Source of the DNA: Elusimicrobia bacterium ADurb.Bin231 | Lineage (GTDB): Bacteria > Elusimicrobiota > UBA8919 > MWCF01 | Reading direction: 5' to 3' | Assembly (NCBI GenBank): GCA_002069855.1 | Contig: MWCF01000007.1 | Span: 2,585-66,584 of the forward strand | Length of the DNA: 64,000 nucleotides | Shown here: positions 62,323 to 64,000 of the stretch, piece by piece | How the letters are laid out: each line of letters opens with the position of its first letter | Numbering within the stretch: the stretch's first letter is position 1 | The notes under the pieces: generated by a model | Databases searched by the model: none | What the model was told of the DNA's origin: nothing | The model's input: only the letters and a program-made list of their open reading frames with translations | Made by a program: the position numbers and the translations under genes

Positions 62323-62851
62323 GTAATTTAGATACTACACTAAAGCTCAATCCAATTTTTTTGTAAAATCTTTCAAGATTTAAATGTTCAATACCATAAT
62401 GTGAACAGACTGAAGGAATTTTATCTTGCCTTTTCTCACTTTCTTCGCTGATCACATAAATTATTTCTAGCCCATTTCTATATTTTTCTTCTATCGCTAT
62501 AGCAATTAACCAAGGATCTGCTTGTTCCTTTTCGTACTCAGGGTCAATTAATCTGGGATATTTTTTAATAATATCTGCTACTATTTTTGCCTGACTGTAT
62601 TTTTGTGTTTCAAAGTAATCTCTTAAAGGCATAACACTTTTTGCTAAGGCATCTGGTTGCCTTGAAGTAGTAGCAATTTCCTCGTAAACAAACCTATGAG
62701 AAATCAATTGCCCGGATTTAAACATTGCTTCTAGTTTTTCCCAAATAAGTTCTCTTAATGACTGCGGATAAAAGCGAAATATCCGTATTAGGGCACTTGC
62801 ATCAATATAATATTTCTCATAATTTGAATTATCGATTATCTGCATTCTCAT
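62315..62851 (-). CDS. PIN-like (DUF4411-type) putative nuclease.
   Basis: 178 aa. PIN-type acidic motifs: YYIDASALI (beta1 Asp) and ADPWLIAIAIEE. Overlaps both neighbours by 4-8 nt. Confidence 0.55.
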   Translation of the reverse strand: MRMQIIDNSNYEKYYIDASALIRIFRFYPQSLRELIWEKLEAMFKSGQLISHRFVYEEIATTSRQPDALAKSVMPLRDYFETQKYSQAKIVADIIKKYPRLIDPEYEKEQADPWLIAIAIEEKYRNGLEIIYVISEESEKRQDKIPSVCSHYGIEHLNLERFYKKIGLSFSVVSKLHE

Positions 62852-63969
62852 AAGTGAATAAAATGATTTATTTTTAACCCCAATATATCGGCCGCGCTAC
62901 TATAAGATATCCGATTGATTTTTGACGCTTCAATGACTTTATTGAATAAATATTGACCTCTTGAATTTATGCTTTTTCGCATTGGATTTAAATTAGGAAT
63001 AAAATTCTGATTTGGTTTGACTTTCGAGCGAATATCATTAAGCAATTTGAAAAACGATGAATCAGAAATAAGTTTTAAAGTGTGCATTCTTCGAAGATAG
63101 ACTTCACTACTTATTCTCAGCCACTTCGCCTTTTTGTAGATTTCATCACTATTATCCATCAAAGTCACAACTTTAGCAGGAACTAAAAAACTTCCAGCAA
63201 AAGAATTGCACTCAAACTCGAGTCTTTCATCTTTTTTTACCTTTTCAGGGTAGCAAATAGAGGATTGATTTTTTAGGATGTGCCCAAGTTCATGTATCAG
63301 GGTAAATATTTTTCCTGTTTGAGCGTGATGAATGCTATTAACCGCTATACAATATGGCATTTCTTCAGCGTAACAAAATCCCTGAATTTCTTCTACAGGC
63401 ATTTTGAACTGAAAAACAGGAACTCCTAATTTATATTCTATTAAATTTCTTAATAAGTTATAAAAATCAAAAGAACTATTTGTTTTTAACTGATCTTCTA
63501 TAGATAAACCCATAGTGTTTCTAAGCCACTCCGCAATATTTTCATCGTCAATCGTCTTGATGTGTGGATATTTTATTTTTAATTCTCCTTGCCATTTATA
63601 TTTTATTTCATAATATCTTTTATCATTCAGTTCCATTAGCAATGTTTTATACCGGCTTGCCCGGCGAATAGCAAGAGAGGTGTCGTTCGACAAGTTGGAA
63701 TTGAATAAACTTAAATTTCTGTGGTCTGAAGGTCTTCTTGATTTTTTTGGTATATCAGGTAGAAAAAAGCAGGATATTTGTCTTTTATAAAGTTTTGCTA
63801 ATACTTTTAAATCCGTAAACGGGATATTCTTTCCATTATTTTCCCAGTTACTATAAGTTTCAAGACTAATTTGTAATTCAGAAGCAATATCATTGGCTCT
63901 AATCTGCATTTCTTCCCGGGCCCAAATCAACATCTGTGGGTTAATATCTATCAGATTATCTTTCGTCAT
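62848..63969 (-). CDS. XRE-family HTH fused to ImmA/IrrE-type (COG2856) zinc metallopeptidase.
   Basis: N-terminal HTH (IRANDIASELQISLETYSNWENNGKNIP). HEXXH in LIHELGHIL. 373 aa. Confidence 0.8.
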   Translation of the reverse strand: MTKDNLIDINPQMLIWAREEMQIRANDIASELQISLETYSNWENNGKNIPFTDLKVLAKLYKRQISCFFLPDIPKKSRRPSDHRNLSLFNSNLSNDTSLAIRRASRYKTLLMELNDKRYYEIKYKWQGELKIKYPHIKTIDDENIAEWLRNTMGLSIEDQLKTNSSFDFYNLLRNLIEYKLGVPVFQFKMPVEEIQGFCYAEEMPYCIAVNSIHHAQTGKIFTLIHELGHILKNQSSICYPEKVKKDERLEFECNSFAGSFLVPAKVVTLMDNSDEIYKKAKWLRISSEVYLRRMHTLKLISDSSFFKLLNDIRSKVKPNQNFIPNLNPMRKSINSRGQYLFNKVIEASKINRISYSSAADILGLKINHFIHL

Positions 63970-64000
63970 ATTTTTCCCTCACCAATTCAAACCTTTTCAT

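Noticed and set aside
63970-64000. Terminal cat at 63998-64000, i.e. a minus-strand ATG at the window edge.
   Set aside because: Its frame gives only a 14-codon peptide overlapping the ImmA gene start, so it is spurious. The real upstream gene (likely hsdM) must end beyond the window.

Overview
AT-rich (about 35-38% GC) bacterial chromosomal segment with dense housekeeping operons. Almost every gene is on the minus strand; the single exception is a transposase inside a roughly 1 kb IS-like element.

Right to left in coordinates (the direction of transcription), the window contains:
- a partial glycine/cysteine-rich surface protein and a periplasmic rhodanese;
- a TrpE/PabB-family gene followed by hisI-hisF-hisA-hisH-hisB-(unannotated small ORF)-hisD;
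- murA-prmC-prfA, rpmE, rho, coaE, polA and tsaD;
- envelope genes: a polysaccharide deacetylase, ctpA, an EnvC-like M23 peptidase and ftsX;
- an alpha-glucan cluster: glgA, a UDPGP-like pyrophosphorylase, a GT4 enzyme matching GlgM, GlgE, a GalT-family enzyme and a TIM-barrel isomerase;
- a divergent EF-G-like GTPase, scpB-scpA-trpS and an M50 site-2 protease;
- the IS-like insertion;
- a small membrane protein, a cNMP/GAF protein, pilT, a 508-aa hypothetical and a CpXC protein;
- rdgB-rph-valS, then tRNA-Lys(CUU);
- an acd-etfB-etfA module in which EtfA carries an N-terminal ferredoxin domain;
- rnc and fabF-acpP-fabG-fabD-fabH-plsX-rpmF, then ackA, ndk and an isocitrate/isopropylmalate dehydrogenase;
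- a short GC-rich structured intergenic island;
- a defence island: type I restriction hsdR and hsdS preceded by a PIN-like (DUF4411-like) protein and an HTH-ImmA/IrrE metallopeptidase, with hsdM apparently beyond the window edge.

No rRNA, CRISPR array or prophage was seen. All identifications rest on motifs I could read in the translations. No database searches were run.
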